This document shows, in pieces, positions 24,598-35,053 of a stretch of 64,000 nt of DNA (positions are counted from its first letter, which is position 1; each line of letters begins with the position of its first letter). This stretch comes from Candidatus Babelota bacterium (GTDB lineage: Bacteria > Babelota > Babeliae > Babelales > CAIQNR01). Both the position numbers and the translations under genes were made by a program. Location: positions 1,883 through 65,882 of the forward strand of contig CBFHTA010000003.1 in assembly GCA_965658655.1 (NCBI GenBank). The letters are read 5' to 3'. The notes beneath the pieces are model-generated. The model did not search any database, was not told the origin of the DNA, and was given only the letters and a program-made list of their open reading frames with translations.

Positions 24598-25431
24598 CTA
24601 CTTTTCATTCCACAACCTAACCTTTTCAAGAACTTTCTCTTCTTCTTCTTTTGGCAATACCGGGAGCTCTAGAATAATAGAAGCATGCTTTAATTTTGGA
24701 TGATTCATAAATGCTTCAAGCGTTTCAGAACCAATTAAACCTTTACCTGGAACAGCATGTTTATCAATGCGAGAACCACATTTCTTTTCTGAATCGTTCA
24801 AATGCAATAATGCCACCCTCTTGGCACCAATACATTCATCAACTTTTTTAATAAACTTAGCAAATTCTTTTTTATCTGTTAGGTCGTAACCGTATGAAAA
24901 AGCATGTGCACTATCAATGCAAAAAGCCAAACGATCAGGTTGCTCAATCTGCTCTAGCAACTCTTTAAAGTCTTCTAGGTCACCGCCTACAGACATTTTT
25001 CCATGAGCAATATTTTCTACAACAATGGTAATATCAGGATAGCGCTCTATTGCTTTATTAAGTGCTTTTGCAAGACATTCAATACCTTCTTTTTTATCTT
25101 TGCATCCAGTTGAAGAACCAGGATGAATAACAATGTGCGTAAACCCAAGACTTCGAGCAAGCTCTAGTTCTTTTTTAAAGGTCCGCCAACCGTTATTTCT
25201 TTTACCCGATAAATTAACCCAATAAGACGCGTGGAGATAGAGTTCTTTAAAATGCTTTTTTCGCTTTTTAAGGCACTCTTCAAGTTCACCTTCAGTAAAA
25301 GTGACATACTTATTAATACCTTGAACAATAAAAAAACATTGCAAAACTGATTGCTTAAGTTCAATTGCCCGATCGAGCAACTCTAAAAGTGAAGATCCAA
25401 GACGTAAATGTAACCCTATATTCCTGGCCAT
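24598..25431 (-). CDS. nfo: endonuclease IV (AP endonuclease)
   Basis: It has a TIM-barrel xylose-isomerase-like pattern with VIHPGS, ENIAH and HLNDS...GSRIDKH. Start chosen at MARNIGLH; the track ORF extends to 25467. Confidence 0.75.
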   Translation of the reverse strand: MARNIGLHLRLGSSLLELLDRAIELKQSVLQCFFIVQGINKYVTFTEGELEECLKKRKKHFKELYLHASYWVNLSGKRNNGWRTFKKELELARSLGFTHIVIHPGSSTGCKDKKEGIECLAKALNKAIERYPDITIVVENIAHGKMSVGGDLEDFKELLEQIEQPDRLAFCIDSAHAFSYGYDLTDKKEFAKFIKKVDECIGAKRVALLHLNDSEKKCGSRIDKHAVPGKGLIGSETLEAFMNHPKLKHASIILELPVLPKEEEEKVLEKVRLWNEK

Positions 25432-26840
25432 GTTACCTGTTTTTCTATAAAACCTGGGGGAAAACATGGCTTAAGTGCCTGAATAAAGCGATCTTTAATT
25501 CTTTGCAATCCCTCAGCAGAGTTCGATTCAAACCGTAAACAAATTACCGGTTGTGTATTAGAAGCTCGAATCAATCCCCATCCATCATTTGTATCAACAC
25601 GCACCCCATCTATTGTAGTTAGTTCTATATTTTTTTCATGAATAAAATTTTCTTTTACTCTGTCCACAATAGTTTGCCCTTCTGCCTGCCCGCATGCAAT
25701 TCGCAATTCGGGAGAACTTTTCCGATGGGGAATTATTTTTAATCGCTCAGTAAGAGTTGTTTTTAATTTTACCAGAAGTTCTATCAAACGCAAAGCTGCA
25801 TAAATACCATCGTCAAATCCAAAATAACGATCTTTAAAGAAAAAATGACAGCTCAATTCTCCCGCCACTACTGCATCATGCTTTCTCATAGCTTGCTTAA
25901 TAAAAGAATGACCAGACGGACAAACTTGTACGTTCCCTAACCATCTTTCTACACATTCTTTAACAACGCTAGAGCATTTAACATCATGCACAACAGAAAC
26001 ATTATGACGCGGCAATGTTTGTAAGATAAAATTACTGTAAAGTACCAGCAGACGGTCTCCTGTAACTAATTCACCTTCAGAAGTAACTGCACCCATTCGA
26101 TCTGCATCTCCATCAAACCCAATTCCAAGATCTGCACCCACACGAGAAACTTCTTGAACCAAATCTTTTACATTCTCTGGTTTGGTAGGGTCTGCCTCAT
26201 GCTTTAGCTTAGAACCATCTACTTCAGCACATAATTGATAAGCACGTTTCCATTCCATGTGCTTAATAAGTTCAGGGATAATAGTCCCGGCAGAACTATG
26301 CCCAGAGTCAAAAACAGCATTAACATCAACACCTACCAAGTGAGGAAACAACCGTTTCAAAAATCTAATATAGTCAGGAACAATCATATGTTCTGAATAA
26401 GTTCCTTGGACAGCACCAGTAACTGCTTTTCGTTCTTTAAAGTAGGTGCGAATTTTTTTGATTTCTGATCCAAACACTGGCTGATTACGCATACAGATTT
26501 TAATACCATTATATTCTTGTGGATTATGAGATGCAGTAATCATTAATCCCGCTTGTACTGGTAGCCAATATCCAGAGAAATAAAGAGCAGGAGATGGACA
26601 AACTCCTACAAAAACAACATTCACACCACTTTCTTGAAGACCCGTAATCAGTTCCTTTTTTATATCTGGTGAATGAACACGACCATCCATACCAATAGCA
26701 ACAGTTTGTATCGATGGATCTTGTTGTTTATAATAAAAAGCTAACGCATGCCCTACTTGGCGAATTTGATTAATATCTAATTCTGAACCAACTTTACCTC
26801 TAATATCGTACGTGCGAAAAATATGATCTTGCATACCCAC
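25416..26840 (-). CDS. phosphomannomutase/phosphoglucomutase (alpha-D-phosphohexomutase family)
   Basis: It has FRTYDIRG, the active-site TASHNPQEYNGIK and the metal loop FDGDADR. Confidence 0.8.
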   Translation of the reverse strand: MGMQDHIFRTYDIRGKVGSELDINQIRQVGHALAFYYKQQDPSIQTVAIGMDGRVHSPDIKKELITGLQESGVNVVFVGVCPSPALYFSGYWLPVQAGLMITASHNPQEYNGIKICMRNQPVFGSEIKKIRTYFKERKAVTGAVQGTYSEHMIVPDYIRFLKRLFPHLVGVDVNAVFDSGHSSAGTIIPELIKHMEWKRAYQLCAEVDGSKLKHEADPTKPENVKDLVQEVSRVGADLGIGFDGDADRMGAVTSEGELVTGDRLLVLYSNFILQTLPRHNVSVVHDVKCSSVVKECVERWLGNVQVCPSGHSFIKQAMRKHDAVVAGELSCHFFFKDRYFGFDDGIYAALRLIELLVKLKTTLTERLKIIPHRKSSPELRIACGQAEGQTIVDRVKENFIHEKNIELTTIDGVRVDTNDGWGLIRASNTQPVICLRFESNSAEGLQRIKDRFIQALKPCFPPGFIEKQVTWPGI

Positions 26841-26918
26841 TCCGTTTTTGTAACCACATAGTTATAACTTCATGGGTTGTAATATAGTTTGATTAAAAAT
26901 GCAAGGAGAGCTGAGCTC

Positions 26919-29603
26919 ATGATACCTTTAACATTACGTATTCAAAATTTTTTAAGTTACGGTTCACCTACACAAACCATAGACTTTAGCCACTACAAAC
27001 TTATTTGCTTATCGGGCAAAAATGGCCATGGCAAGTCAGCTCTCCTCGATGCTATGACTTGGGCTTTATGGGGACAAGCACGTAAAACAGGCAATTCTTC
27101 CAAAGCGGATAGCGGTATAGTAAAACTTGGTCAAACAGATGTGATGGTCATCTTTGATTTCATCTTTAATAATCAATCATACCGAGTAAAGCGGGTATTC
27201 TCTACCAAATATGGTAAGCCAAAAGCTCATGTAGACTTTGGAACTTACAACAGAGAAACAGATTATTTTATGCCATTAACAGAAAAGACCATTCGTAAAA
27301 CTCAAGAATGTATTAATAATACACTTGGACTCACTTACGAAGCCTTTATTAACTCTTCCTTTTTACGTCAAGGCCAAGCAAACGAATTTTCAAAAAAGTC
27401 ACCTAAAGAGCGTAAGGAAATTTTAGCCAGCATTCTAGGGCTCGACAAATACGAGAAGGCAAAGAAACTTGCTCTTGAACAAGTCCGTAAAACTGGACAA
27501 GAAAAAGAACATTTAGAAAAGTTGGCCGACCACATTGCAAAAGAATGTGAACAGAGCACAGAAATAGAAAGACAGGTTGTTATCGTAACCGACCAACTAA
27601 AAGCAGTTGAAAAGAAAGAACAAAAAAATAGAGTCCTACAAGAGCAGATAGAAAAAGAACGAAGAGAACTTACACAAAAACAGCAAGAACAAAAGCTTTT
27701 ACAATTTGAGCACGAGCAAAAAATACAAGAAATAATAAAAGTCACACAACAACAAACAAAGCTTTCTACCCTCTGGAAAGAAACAGAAGCAAAATTCAAA
27801 GATGCCCCAGACAAAACTACTATAGAAAAACAACGAGAGACTTTGCTTAAACAATTAAGTCAAGAACAACAAAAACTTAAAGAGAGCCTAACGCATAAAG
27901 AAACGTTTCTAAAATACAAAGAACAAGAACAAGAGCTCCTTCATAAACTTAAGCAGCAGTATGCCGTAGATCTGCAAAACAAAAGATTAGAACTTGAGCG
28001 TATAAAGACCACACACAAAGCAAAACGAGAACAAGAACAAGTTTTAAAGAAAGAAATCGCAAAACATATCGATGAACACAAAACTTGCCAAAATACCATT
28101 GAAAAACTTAAAAAAACGGTTAATCCTATCCACTTGATTACTGACACACAAGATTTACAAAAGACATTTGAAACGCGCAAAGAAGAATATTTAAAATCAA
28201 TCGAACAAGCCAACTGGATAACCAAAGAGTTAAAAAGTGTTGCAGATAAACAAGTACTTTCACAAAACACTAACAATCCCAGCTGTCCTTTGTGCGAACA
28301 AAATTTATCACAAGCACGTAAACGCTTTCTGCATCAAAAATTCGATGATCAACACTCCTTTTTAACTAAAAAGCTCGAAGACCTAAAAACGTTTATAAAA
28401 ACAACCAAAGAAATTCTACACGCAGAACACGCGGCACTAGAAGTAAGCAAGAAAATAGATGATCTCTTCAAGAAACAAACTGAACTAGCAACCCAAGAAC
28501 AAGAAAAGAAGAAACATCTCAAAGTGCTTACTCAAAGCATGCAAGAAGAACAAAAAAAGCATGCACAAGAAGAACACAAACTTAAAGAGCAAGAAACTAA
28601 AATAGAACAACTCATCACAAATAACACAAGCTACGTAACATTAAAGAAACAACGAGAAGCTGCAGAGAAACAAAGCCAAACAACTCAAACACAGGAGCAA
28701 ACACTTAAAACGCTCGAAACTGAGTTGACACAAATAGATGTACAACTAAAAGAATGGCGCACTCTAGAAAGTGAAAAAAAGGTACAATTAGAGCGAAAAA
28801 AACAACTTGATGCACTAGAGAAACAAATTGCTCATGAGAAGAAAAAAGAGCTCGAAACCGCAGAGAAACTTAAACCCTATATGCAGCTAGAATCACTTAT
28901 TAAGACACATAAAACAAAAGAATTAGAAGTCACGAATCAAACGGCATACCAAGCCAAAGAAAAAGAAGCATTATTGCAACAAAAAGGTGGGCTCGAAAAT
29001 CAAAAAAAGAAACTTTTAGAGCAAGCTAAGCTTCAAAAAGAATGTACCCGTAAAGCCAAAGAACAAGAGACCTGTTACCAGGAATACCAAGCAATTTCTC
29101 AAGCTTTAAGCAAAGATGGAATTCAAGCATTACTCATAGAAGAAGCACTCCCTGAGATTGAACAAGAAGCCAATGAGCTCCTTTCTCGATTAACCGATAA
29201 TCAAACACATATTTTTATAGAATCGTTACGAGATCTCAAAAAAGGAGGAACTAGAGAAACTCTTGATATTAATATCTCTGACAGCAATGGAATACGCCCC
29301 TATGAGATGTTTTCGGGAGGAGAAGCCTTTCGTCTGGACTTTGCTCTTAGAATCGCTCTATCTAAATTATTGGCCCGTAGAGCAGGTACTTCGCTACAAA
29401 CGCTTATCATAGATGAAGGCTTTGGCTCTCAGGACGAAGAAGGTTTAAGCAGAATCATGGATGTGTTGTATAAAATTCAAGACGATTTTGAAAAAATTAT
29501 TATTGTATCGCACTTAGCAACAATGAAAGACCAGTTCCCTGTTCACTTTATGGTTAATAAACAACCACAGGGATCTCATGTTACCATCAAAGAATTGGGA
29601 TAA
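26919..29603 (+). CDS. sbcC: SbcC/Rad50-like SMC-type ATPase with zinc hook
   Basis: It has the Walker A GKNGHGKSALLDAM, about 600 aa of coiled coil with a central CPLC hook, the signature FSGGEAF and the Walker B LIIDEGF. Start chosen at ATG 26919 after AAGGAGAG. Confidence 0.8.
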   Translation: MIPLTLRIQNFLSYGSPTQTIDFSHYKLICLSGKNGHGKSALLDAMTWALWGQARKTGNSSKADSGIVKLGQTDVMVIFDFIFNNQSYRVKRVFSTKYGKPKAHVDFGTYNRETDYFMPLTEKTIRKTQECINNTLGLTYEAFINSSFLRQGQANEFSKKSPKERKEILASILGLDKYEKAKKLALEQVRKTGQEKEHLEKLADHIAKECEQSTEIERQVVIVTDQLKAVEKKEQKNRVLQEQIEKERRELTQKQQEQKLLQFEHEQKIQEIIKVTQQQTKLSTLWKETEAKFKDAPDKTTIEKQRETLLKQLSQEQQKLKESLTHKETFLKYKEQEQELLHKLKQQYAVDLQNKRLELERIKTTHKAKREQEQVLKKEIAKHIDEHKTCQNTIEKLKKTVNPIHLITDTQDLQKTFETRKEEYLKSIEQANWITKELKSVADKQVLSQNTNNPSCPLCEQNLSQARKRFLHQKFDDQHSFLTKKLEDLKTFIKTTKEILHAEHAALEVSKKIDDLFKKQTELATQEQEKKKHLKVLTQSMQEEQKKHAQEEHKLKEQETKIEQLITNNTSYVTLKKQREAAEKQSQTTQTQEQTLKTLETELTQIDVQLKEWRTLESEKKVQLERKKQLDALEKQIAHEKKKELETAEKLKPYMQLESLIKTHKTKELEVTNQTAYQAKEKEALLQQKGGLENQKKKLLEQAKLQKECTRKAKEQETCYQEYQAISQALSKDGIQALLIEEALPEIEQEANELLSRLTDNQTHIFIESLRDLKKGGTRETLDINISDSNGIRPYEMFSGGEAFRLDFALRIALSKLLARRAGTSLQTLIIDEGFGSQDEEGLSRIMDVLYKIQDDFEKIIIVSHLATMKDQFPVHFMVNKQPQGSHVTIKELG

Positions 29604-29642
29604 TTAAACGTTGGATATGCTTTTATATTCGTTCAAAAGAAA

Positions 29643-29672
29643 ATTGGGACATCCATTTCTGGACATCCCAAT
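29643..29672. terminator. imperfect hairpin between convergent genes (possible bidirectional terminator)
   Basis: ATTGGGACATCC-N6-GGACATCCCAAT pairs over 7+3 bp with a 2-nt bulge. An A-run precedes it and CTTTATT follows. Confidence 0.35.
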
Positions 29673-29706
29673 CTTTATTACTGTTTATTTATAACTAAGA
29701 TGTTAA

Positions 29707-30768
29707 TTATACAAGTTCAGCAATTTTAGCGTCGATTGCAGAAACAAACTGACTAATATTCATATCAACAACCCAGTTTCTTAACTCTAGAAGTTTAACT
29801 CTTTGGTCAAAGTTACTCATGCCTTCAACAGCATCAGTTAATTTAACTGTTCCGTCTTGGTTGTTCAAGCTGAACAAGTTACCGTGACGAGCAGAAGTTG
29901 TTACATCTACCATTTCAGTTTCAGTTGCATCTTCATCATCATTGCTACCAGCTAACCCAACGTAATCAGTAATACCTTGTACACCAGCAGCAGCATAAGC
30001 AGCTGAAGTGTAAGGATTATTTACAACAGCTTCAGCAGCAGTTGTAACAAACTCAGGAGTTGCAGGAAGTTTAGCAAAAGAAGTTTTTACAAACTCAGGA
30101 GTAGAAACTGAAGGAACGTAAGAGTAAACTGTGTTACCAGCATTTACTACAGATTCAGGAGTTGCAGGAAGCTTAGCAAAAGCAGTTTTTGCAGCAGCAA
30201 GAGCAACATCACCTTTGTAGTAACCAAGAACACCAGCAGCTACTAAAGCAGCAGTTGTTTTAGGGTTTTCTTTGATTTTGTTCCATACTTTACCAGCATT
30301 ACGGTATACAACATAACCAGCACCAGCAACAGCACCTGTGCGTACACCAAAAGTTGTAGGGTTTGCTTTAGCAAAAGTATAAAGATCTGAAGCACCCGCT
30401 TTAACAAAGCCAGCACCAGATTTAATACCACTGTAAGCTACAAATGGAGCAGCTTTAACACCATTCCATGCTTGACCAGCACCATTCTTAGTAGCAGCCC
30501 ATGCTTGGCCTAGTCTACCAAATTCAACTGTTTCTGTAGCAGATTCCATATGAGATGCAGGTATTCTAGAAGCTAATTGTTTACAGTTTTCAACAAGATT
30601 TTCGTTGTCTTGTTTAAGTTTAATTATTTGATCTGCTCTATCAGATGATGTTTTAATAGTACCTGCAAGAGCACCAAACGCACTCGCTGCAGCAGGGATG
30701 AATGGATTTGCATTCATAGCAGTAACAGACAATAACATTGCGATTGAAAGTAATTGTTTCTTATTCAT
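29707..30768 (-). CDS. Ala/Gly-rich secreted hypothetical protein with FAKLPATPE repeats
   Basis: 353 aa from MNKKQLLSIAMLLSVTAMNA. GGAGGT lies 6 nt upstream. The track ORF extends to 30834. Confidence 0.6.
   Translation of the reverse strand: MNKKQLLSIAMLLSVTAMNANPFIPAAASAFGALAGTIKTSSDRADQIIKLKQDNENLVENCKQLASRIPASHMESATETVEFGRLGQAWAATKNGAGQAWNGVKAAPFVAYSGIKSGAGFVKAGASDLYTFAKANPTTFGVRTGAVAGAGYVVYRNAGKVWNKIKENPKTTAALVAAGVLGYYKGDVALAAAKTAFAKLPATPESVVNAGNTVYSYVPSVSTPEFVKTSFAKLPATPEFVTTAAEAVVNNPYTSAAYAAAGVQGITDYVGLAGSNDDEDATETEMVDVTTSARHGNLFSLNNQDGTVKLTDAVEGMSNFDQRVKLLELRNWVVDMNISQFVSAIDAKIAELV
30053..30190. repeat. 102-bp-period direct repeat (TCAGGAGTTGCAGGAAGYTTAGCAAAAG) within the Ala-rich gene
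   Basis: Copies starting at 30053 and 30155 encode (T/S)xFAKLPATPE. A third partial copy, CTCAGGAGT, is near 30095. Confidence 0.7.
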
Positions 30769-31013
30769 AATAACCTCCGTAATGAAAGAAACGAGAAATA
30801 TAACCTCACATTTACGCATAGTCCCGGACTCCACAGCCCTTTTCTGACTTTACGTAGAGACCAGCATAAACCATATAAGAAGAGAGTCAAACGCCCCCCC
30901 AAAAGGGGGTTTTGAGCTTAAATTGGAGTTGTAAAAAATAAGCCCGAATCATACAAATAGAAACTATAGTACAATTCGGACCAGAATTTTATGTCTAAAA
31001 AGACAAGATAAGC

Positions 31014-31379
31014 TTAAGAGGCTTCAACCCATTCAAGGATAGCCATATCAGCTGTATCACTTGGACGTTTACCCAAAGGGATAATACGCGTATAACCGCC
31101 TGGGCGATCTACGTAGCGAGGCGCAATCTCTTTAAAAAGCTTTAAAATCGCTTCTTCTTTATAAGGCAACATTGCCTTTACTTGACGACGCGTAATAAAC
31201 GTATTGCCTTTACGAGCTTGAGTAACAACCTTTTCAGCCAAACGTTTTACTTCTTTAGCTTGAACTTTAGTTGTTTTGAGCTTGCCATATGTAATCAAAT
31301 GGATCACGTAGTTACGCAAAAGCGCTTTTCTATGAGCCGGCTTTACATTAAGCTTTTTTCTATCAATTTGATGTTTCAT
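31014..31379 (-). CDS. rplQ: 50S ribosomal protein L17
   Basis: It has KLNVKPAHRKALLRN... and RPGGYTRI. Confidence 0.95.
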   Translation of the reverse strand: MKHQIDRKKLNVKPAHRKALLRNYVIHLITYGKLKTTKVQAKEVKRLAEKVVTQARKGNTFITRRQVKAMLPYKEEAILKLFKEIAPRYVDRPGGYTRIIPLGKRPSDTADMAILEWVEAS

Positions 31380-31400
31380 CGCTGTACCTTTACTTCCATA

Positions 31401-32468
31401 TTATTCTTCGTTTGAAGAAACAGCACCGCCGTCTTTCATAACTTGCTTTAAGTCATCTTCGGTAATGTTTAAACCAAAGGAAAGACCGAATGCTTTCATG
31501 CTTTCTTTAACTTCGTTCAATGATTTACGCCCGAAGTTTTTAATGCGCAGTCCATCATCTTCAGAAAGATTTACCAAATCAACAATACGCTTAATATCCG
31601 CATTCATAAGACAATTATGTGCTCGAACAGAAAGTTCAAGTTCATCGATTGGTTTCAACAGAAGATCTACAGGAATACCTTTAAGAGAAAGATCACTTGT
31701 GCTTTCTTGTTTTACCGCAACATCTTCTTCTAATGGCTTAGAGATTTCATTAAATGGAATTTCTCCACTTACCAAGAAATGTTCTAACTGAGTACGCATA
31801 ACAGATACTGCGTAATGCAATACATCTGTTGGTTTCTCAGAACCATTAGTATGAATTTGCAAAAGAAGTTTATCGTAATCAATTTCTTTTCCAACACGTG
31901 TTTTTTGAACATCAAAAGTTACACGAGTAACAGGAGAGAACATTGCATCTAGATAAATTCTATTATCTTCTTGAAGTGTTTTCCCTTCTGGCCATTGAGC
32001 TTCTCTATAGCCACGTCCGGACTCAACAAAGAACTCAATATCAAGAGAACTGCCTTTTGCGATATGCGCAATTACGTGATCTTTGTTAACAAGTTCTAAA
32101 TTTTCGTCTGCCTTTATATCCGCAACACGAGCTGTCGCTTCGTCTTGTACAGTTAAACGCATTTTCCCTGGTTTGCCATCTTTACTACGCACAACAATTT
32201 GTTTGATATTCAAACAAACTTGCATTGCATCTTCAACAATACCTGGAATCGCAGCGAATTCGTTATTCACACCTTTAATGATAACAGACGTTACCGCTGC
32301 ACCTTCTACTCCTCCAAGCAATACACGACGAAGTGCATTACCTAAAGTAATCCCAAATCCAGGCTCCAGTGGCTGACCAACTAATTCACCAAATTCTGGC
32401 GTTATTGTTTTAGCATTCCACTCTAAGCGTGGAATTGTTAATGACTGATACTCTTTATTCATATGCAT
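31401..32468 (-). CDS. rpoA: DNA-directed RNA polymerase subunit alpha
   Basis: It has GNALRRVLL in the N-terminal domain and ELELSVRAHNCL in the C-terminal domain. Confidence 0.95.
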   Translation of the reverse strand: MHMNKEYQSLTIPRLEWNAKTITPEFGELVGQPLEPGFGITLGNALRRVLLGGVEGAAVTSVIIKGVNNEFAAIPGIVEDAMQVCLNIKQIVVRSKDGKPGKMRLTVQDEATARVADIKADENLELVNKDHVIAHIAKGSSLDIEFFVESGRGYREAQWPEGKTLQEDNRIYLDAMFSPVTRVTFDVQKTRVGKEIDYDKLLLQIHTNGSEKPTDVLHYAVSVMRTQLEHFLVSGEIPFNEISKPLEEDVAVKQESTSDLSLKGIPVDLLLKPIDELELSVRAHNCLMNADIKRIVDLVNLSEDDGLRIKNFGRKSLNEVKESMKAFGLSFGLNITEDDLKQVMKDGGAVSSNEE

Positions 32469-32511
32469 TCCCCCATACGTTAACTACGCACACCATAGAA
32501 CTCACTTACCC

Positions 32512-33108
32512 TTACTTGGAATACAACTCAACAATCAAATGCTCTTCGATCGGCACTTGAATATCTGTACGAACAGGCTTACGTAGCATCTGTCCTTTTC
32601 GATCTTTCTTATTGAGCTCTAACCATTCCGGTACTTTAATACCAATATTTAACCGTTTATCAATCGCTTGCTCTACAAATTGAGTCTTCTTCATAACACT
32701 GTCTCTGAAAGTAATAACATCACCTTGAGAAACAAGCAGTGAAGGAGAAAAAACTCTTCTTCCATTGACACACACGTGACCATGAACAATTGCTTGACGC
32801 GATTGTGCACGAGTAACCGCCATTTTAAGACGATAAAGCACATTGTCTAAACGTCTTTCTAACAAACTTAAAAGATTTTCACCTGGTGCACCTTGCTGTC
32901 TTGTTGCCAGCGCAAAGAAACGACGGAATTGCTTTTCACGCATACCATACATTTGTTTTACTTTTTGCTTTTCAAGTAATTGCTTACCATACTCAGAAAT
33001 CTTTTTTTGGCGTTTGCTTGGTTGCTTTTTATTTTGCCCCTGGTCGCTACCAGAAGTTTTACCTTTGTTAGCAGGCCCAAACTTTTGATTTTTTTTATTC
33101 ATAACCAT
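32512..33108 (-). CDS. rpsD: 30S ribosomal protein S4
   Basis: It has EKQKVKQMYGMREKQFRRFF, LERRLDNVLYRL and an S4 domain. The N-terminus is basic and lacks the Cys cluster. Confidence 0.9.
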   Translation of the reverse strand: MVMNKKNQKFGPANKGKTSGSDQGQNKKQPSKRQKKISEYGKQLLEKQKVKQMYGMREKQFRRFFALATRQQGAPGENLLSLLERRLDNVLYRLKMAVTRAQSRQAIVHGHVCVNGRRVFSPSLLVSQGDVITFRDSVMKKTQFVEQAIDKRLNIGIKVPEWLELNKKDRKGQMLRKPVRTDIQVPIEEHLIVELYSK

Positions 33109-33113
33109 GTTAC

Positions 33114-33500
33114 CTATACTCTACGTTTCTTAGGAGGACGACATCCATTATGTGGAAGCGGAGTCACATCCCTTAAAACCGAAACCGAAATACCCGATGA
33201 TTGAAAAGCACGAACAACTGAGTCACGGCCAGAACCAGGACCTTGCAAGTTAACTTCAATAGTACGCACACCTAATGGTGCCATTTCTTTTGCAAGAGTC
33301 AATCCAATTTGAGTTGCCGCAAAAGGTGTTCCTTTACGAGCTCCTTTAAACCCAAGCTTTCCTGAACTACAACGCAACAATACTGCTCCCTCTGGAGTTG
33401 TAATACTCACCAACGTATTATTAAACGTTGATTTAACGTGCGCTACTGCAGATTCAACGCGCATCTTTTTTTGTTTTTTTGATTTCGGTTTATATGCCAT
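33114..33500 (-). CDS. rpsK: 30S ribosomal protein S11
   Basis: It has HVKSTFNNTLVSIT, GFKGARKGTPFAA and PHNGCRPPKKRR. Confidence 0.95.
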   Translation of the reverse strand: MAYKPKSKKQKKMRVESAVAHVKSTFNNTLVSITTPEGAVLLRCSSGKLGFKGARKGTPFAATQIGLTLAKEMAPLGVRTIEVNLQGPGSGRDSVVRAFQSSGISVSVLRDVTPLPHNGCRPPKKRRV

Positions 33501-33511
33501 AATGATTCATC

Positions 33512-33901
33512 CTATTTCTTTGTAGCTTTCTTCTTCAACGCCACTGCGTTACCAGATTTACGAGGGCCTTTACGAGTACGAGCATTTGTTTTTGTACGCT
33601 GCCCACGAACCGGCAATCCCTTCTTGTGGCGGAATCCACGATAAGAGCTAATTTCCTGCAAGCGACGGATGTTCATTGAAACTTCTTTGCGGAGCTCACC
33701 TTCTACTCTGTAGTTGTTGGTGATCTCTTTCTGAAGAATAGCAACTTCTTCGTCCGTAAGATCTTTTACTCTTTTATTAAAATCTATTTTCACCTTAGTG
33801 AGAATATCTTGAGAAGTTTTTAAACCAATACCAAACACATACGTCAAACCGTACTCTATACGTTTGCTGTATGGTAGTGTTACACCTTCTATACGTGCCA
33901 T
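33512..33901 (-). CDS. rpsM: 30S ribosomal protein S13
   Basis: It has [10 protein letters not shown]...GLTYVFGIG and a basic tail. Confidence 0.95.
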   Translation of the reverse strand: MARIEGVTLPYSKRIEYGLTYVFGIGLKTSQDILTKVKIDFNKRVKDLTDEEVAILQKEITNNYRVEGELRKEVSMNIRRLQEISSYRGFRHKKGLPVRGQRTKTNARTRKGPRKSGNAVALKKKATKK

Positions 33902-33918
33902 AACAATCTAACTCCTGA

Positions 33919-34035
33919 CTAACCTTGCCGTTGTTTATGTCTTGGATTTTTCTTACAAACTACACGAACAGTTTGACCTCTTCGAATAATTCTACAATCC
34001 ACACACATTTTTTTTACAGATGTTCTTACCTTCAT
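33919..34035 (-). CDS. rpmJ: 50S ribosomal protein L36
   Basis: Own translation: [38 protein letters not shown] (38 aa, below the ORF-track cutoff). It sits between infA and rpsM as expected. Confidence 0.9.
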   Translation of the reverse strand: MKVRTSVKKMCVDCRIIRRGQTVRVVCKKNPRHKQRQG

Positions 34036-34055
34036 CGTCTATCCTGTATGCTCAT

Positions 34056-34283
34056 TTAGTTTTTATAACGCAATACAATTCTACCGCGACTCAAATCATA
34101 TGGTGACAACTCTAAAGCCACCTTATCACCTGGCAAAATACGAATATAGTTCATTCTCATTTTACCTGAAACATGCCCCAGCACTACGTGCCCACCTTCA
34201 ATCTCCACTCTAAACATAGCATTAGGCAAAGTCTCTTGAACAATACCATCAATGCGAATTACATCTTCTTTTTGTTTTTTCAT
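34056..34283 (-). CDS. infA: translation initiation factor IF-1
   Basis: 75 aa S1-like OB fold: [31 protein letters not shown]. Confidence 0.95.
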   Translation of the reverse strand: MKKQKEDVIRIDGIVQETLPNAMFRVEIEGGHVVLGHVSGKMRMNYIRILPGDKVALELSPYDLSRGRIVLRYKN

Positions 34284-35053
34284 AACTCTATTTCCCCTCC
34301 TTTTTGTAGTCTTGTCAAAATTTTTGGTCCTTGGTCGGTTATTGCAACCGTATCTTCTACATGTGCAGCCAAGCTTTTATCTTTTGTTTTCACTGTCCAT
34401 CCATCTTCCGTGATGTACACTCCATAAGCCCCTTGTGTAATCATCGGCTCAATAGCAAGAGTCATGCCAGCTCGCAAAACAGGACCTCTCCCCGGCTTAC
34501 CGTAATTCAGAAGCTCAGGATCTTCATGCAACTGTTTACCAATACCATGACCAGCAAAGTCTCTTACTACACCAAAACCATGACGTTCCACTTCTGCTTG
34601 AATGGCAGCTGAAATATCAGTAAGTCGATTACCTACACATGCTTGCTCAATACCTTTATCTAATGCGCTCTGAGCAACCTCTGCAAGCTTTCTTGACTCA
34701 GGAGTACTTTGAACAATGAAAAATGTTCTTGCCATGTCTCCACAGTACCCTTTCCAAGAAGCACAAATGTCAATTTTTACTACATCTCCAGGTACCAGTA
34801 ACTTATCCTTGTTTGGCACACCATGAACCACTTCATCATTAACTGAAATACAGCTAACATGCTTATATCCCATATACCCTTTGGTACGAGAAGTCAGCCC
34901 TTTTTGAGCAAGACGTTTTGCAATATCTGCATCAATTTCAAGTGTACTTACACCAGGTCTTAAAAGCGGATGAATTTCTTCAAATATCTGGGCCAATCCC
35001 TGGCCAGCTTGCTCCATCTTACGAAGCGCAAGCTTATTTTTAATGGTAATCAT
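34280..35053 (-). CDS. map: methionine aminopeptidase type I
   Basis: It has a pita-bread fold with the motifs VHG.P, DI, GHGIG and EP. Confidence 0.9.
   Translation of the reverse strand: MITIKNKLALRKMEQAGQGLAQIFEEIHPLLRPGVSTLEIDADIAKRLAQKGLTSRTKGYMGYKHVSCISVNDEVVHGVPNKDKLLVPGDVVKIDICASWKGYCGDMARTFFIVQSTPESRKLAEVAQSALDKGIEQACVGNRLTDISAAIQAEVERHGFGVVRDFAGHGIGKQLHEDPELLNYGKPGRGPVLRAGMTLAIEPMITQGAYGVYITEDGWTVKTKDKSLAAHVEDTVAITDQGPKILTRLQKGGEIEL

Noticed and set aside
27368-28276. Cys/Ser/Phe-rich minus-strand ORFs (148 and 111 aa) that superficially look like Cys-rich peptides
   Set aside because: They lie antisense to the GAA/AAG/CAA-rich coiled-coil region of sbcC. The reverse complement of purine-rich codons gives TTC/CTT/TTG, which produces open frames rich in F/S/C/L. 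This is an artefact.
30894-30913. CCCCCCC-AAAA-GGGGG hairpin as the terminator of the alpha operon
   Set aside because: The T-run (GGGGGTTTT) follows the stem on the plus strand, whereas rplQ is transcribed on the minus strand. On that strand the stem is followed by only CGTTT. It may attenuate transcription, but it is not a convincing terminator in the required orientation.
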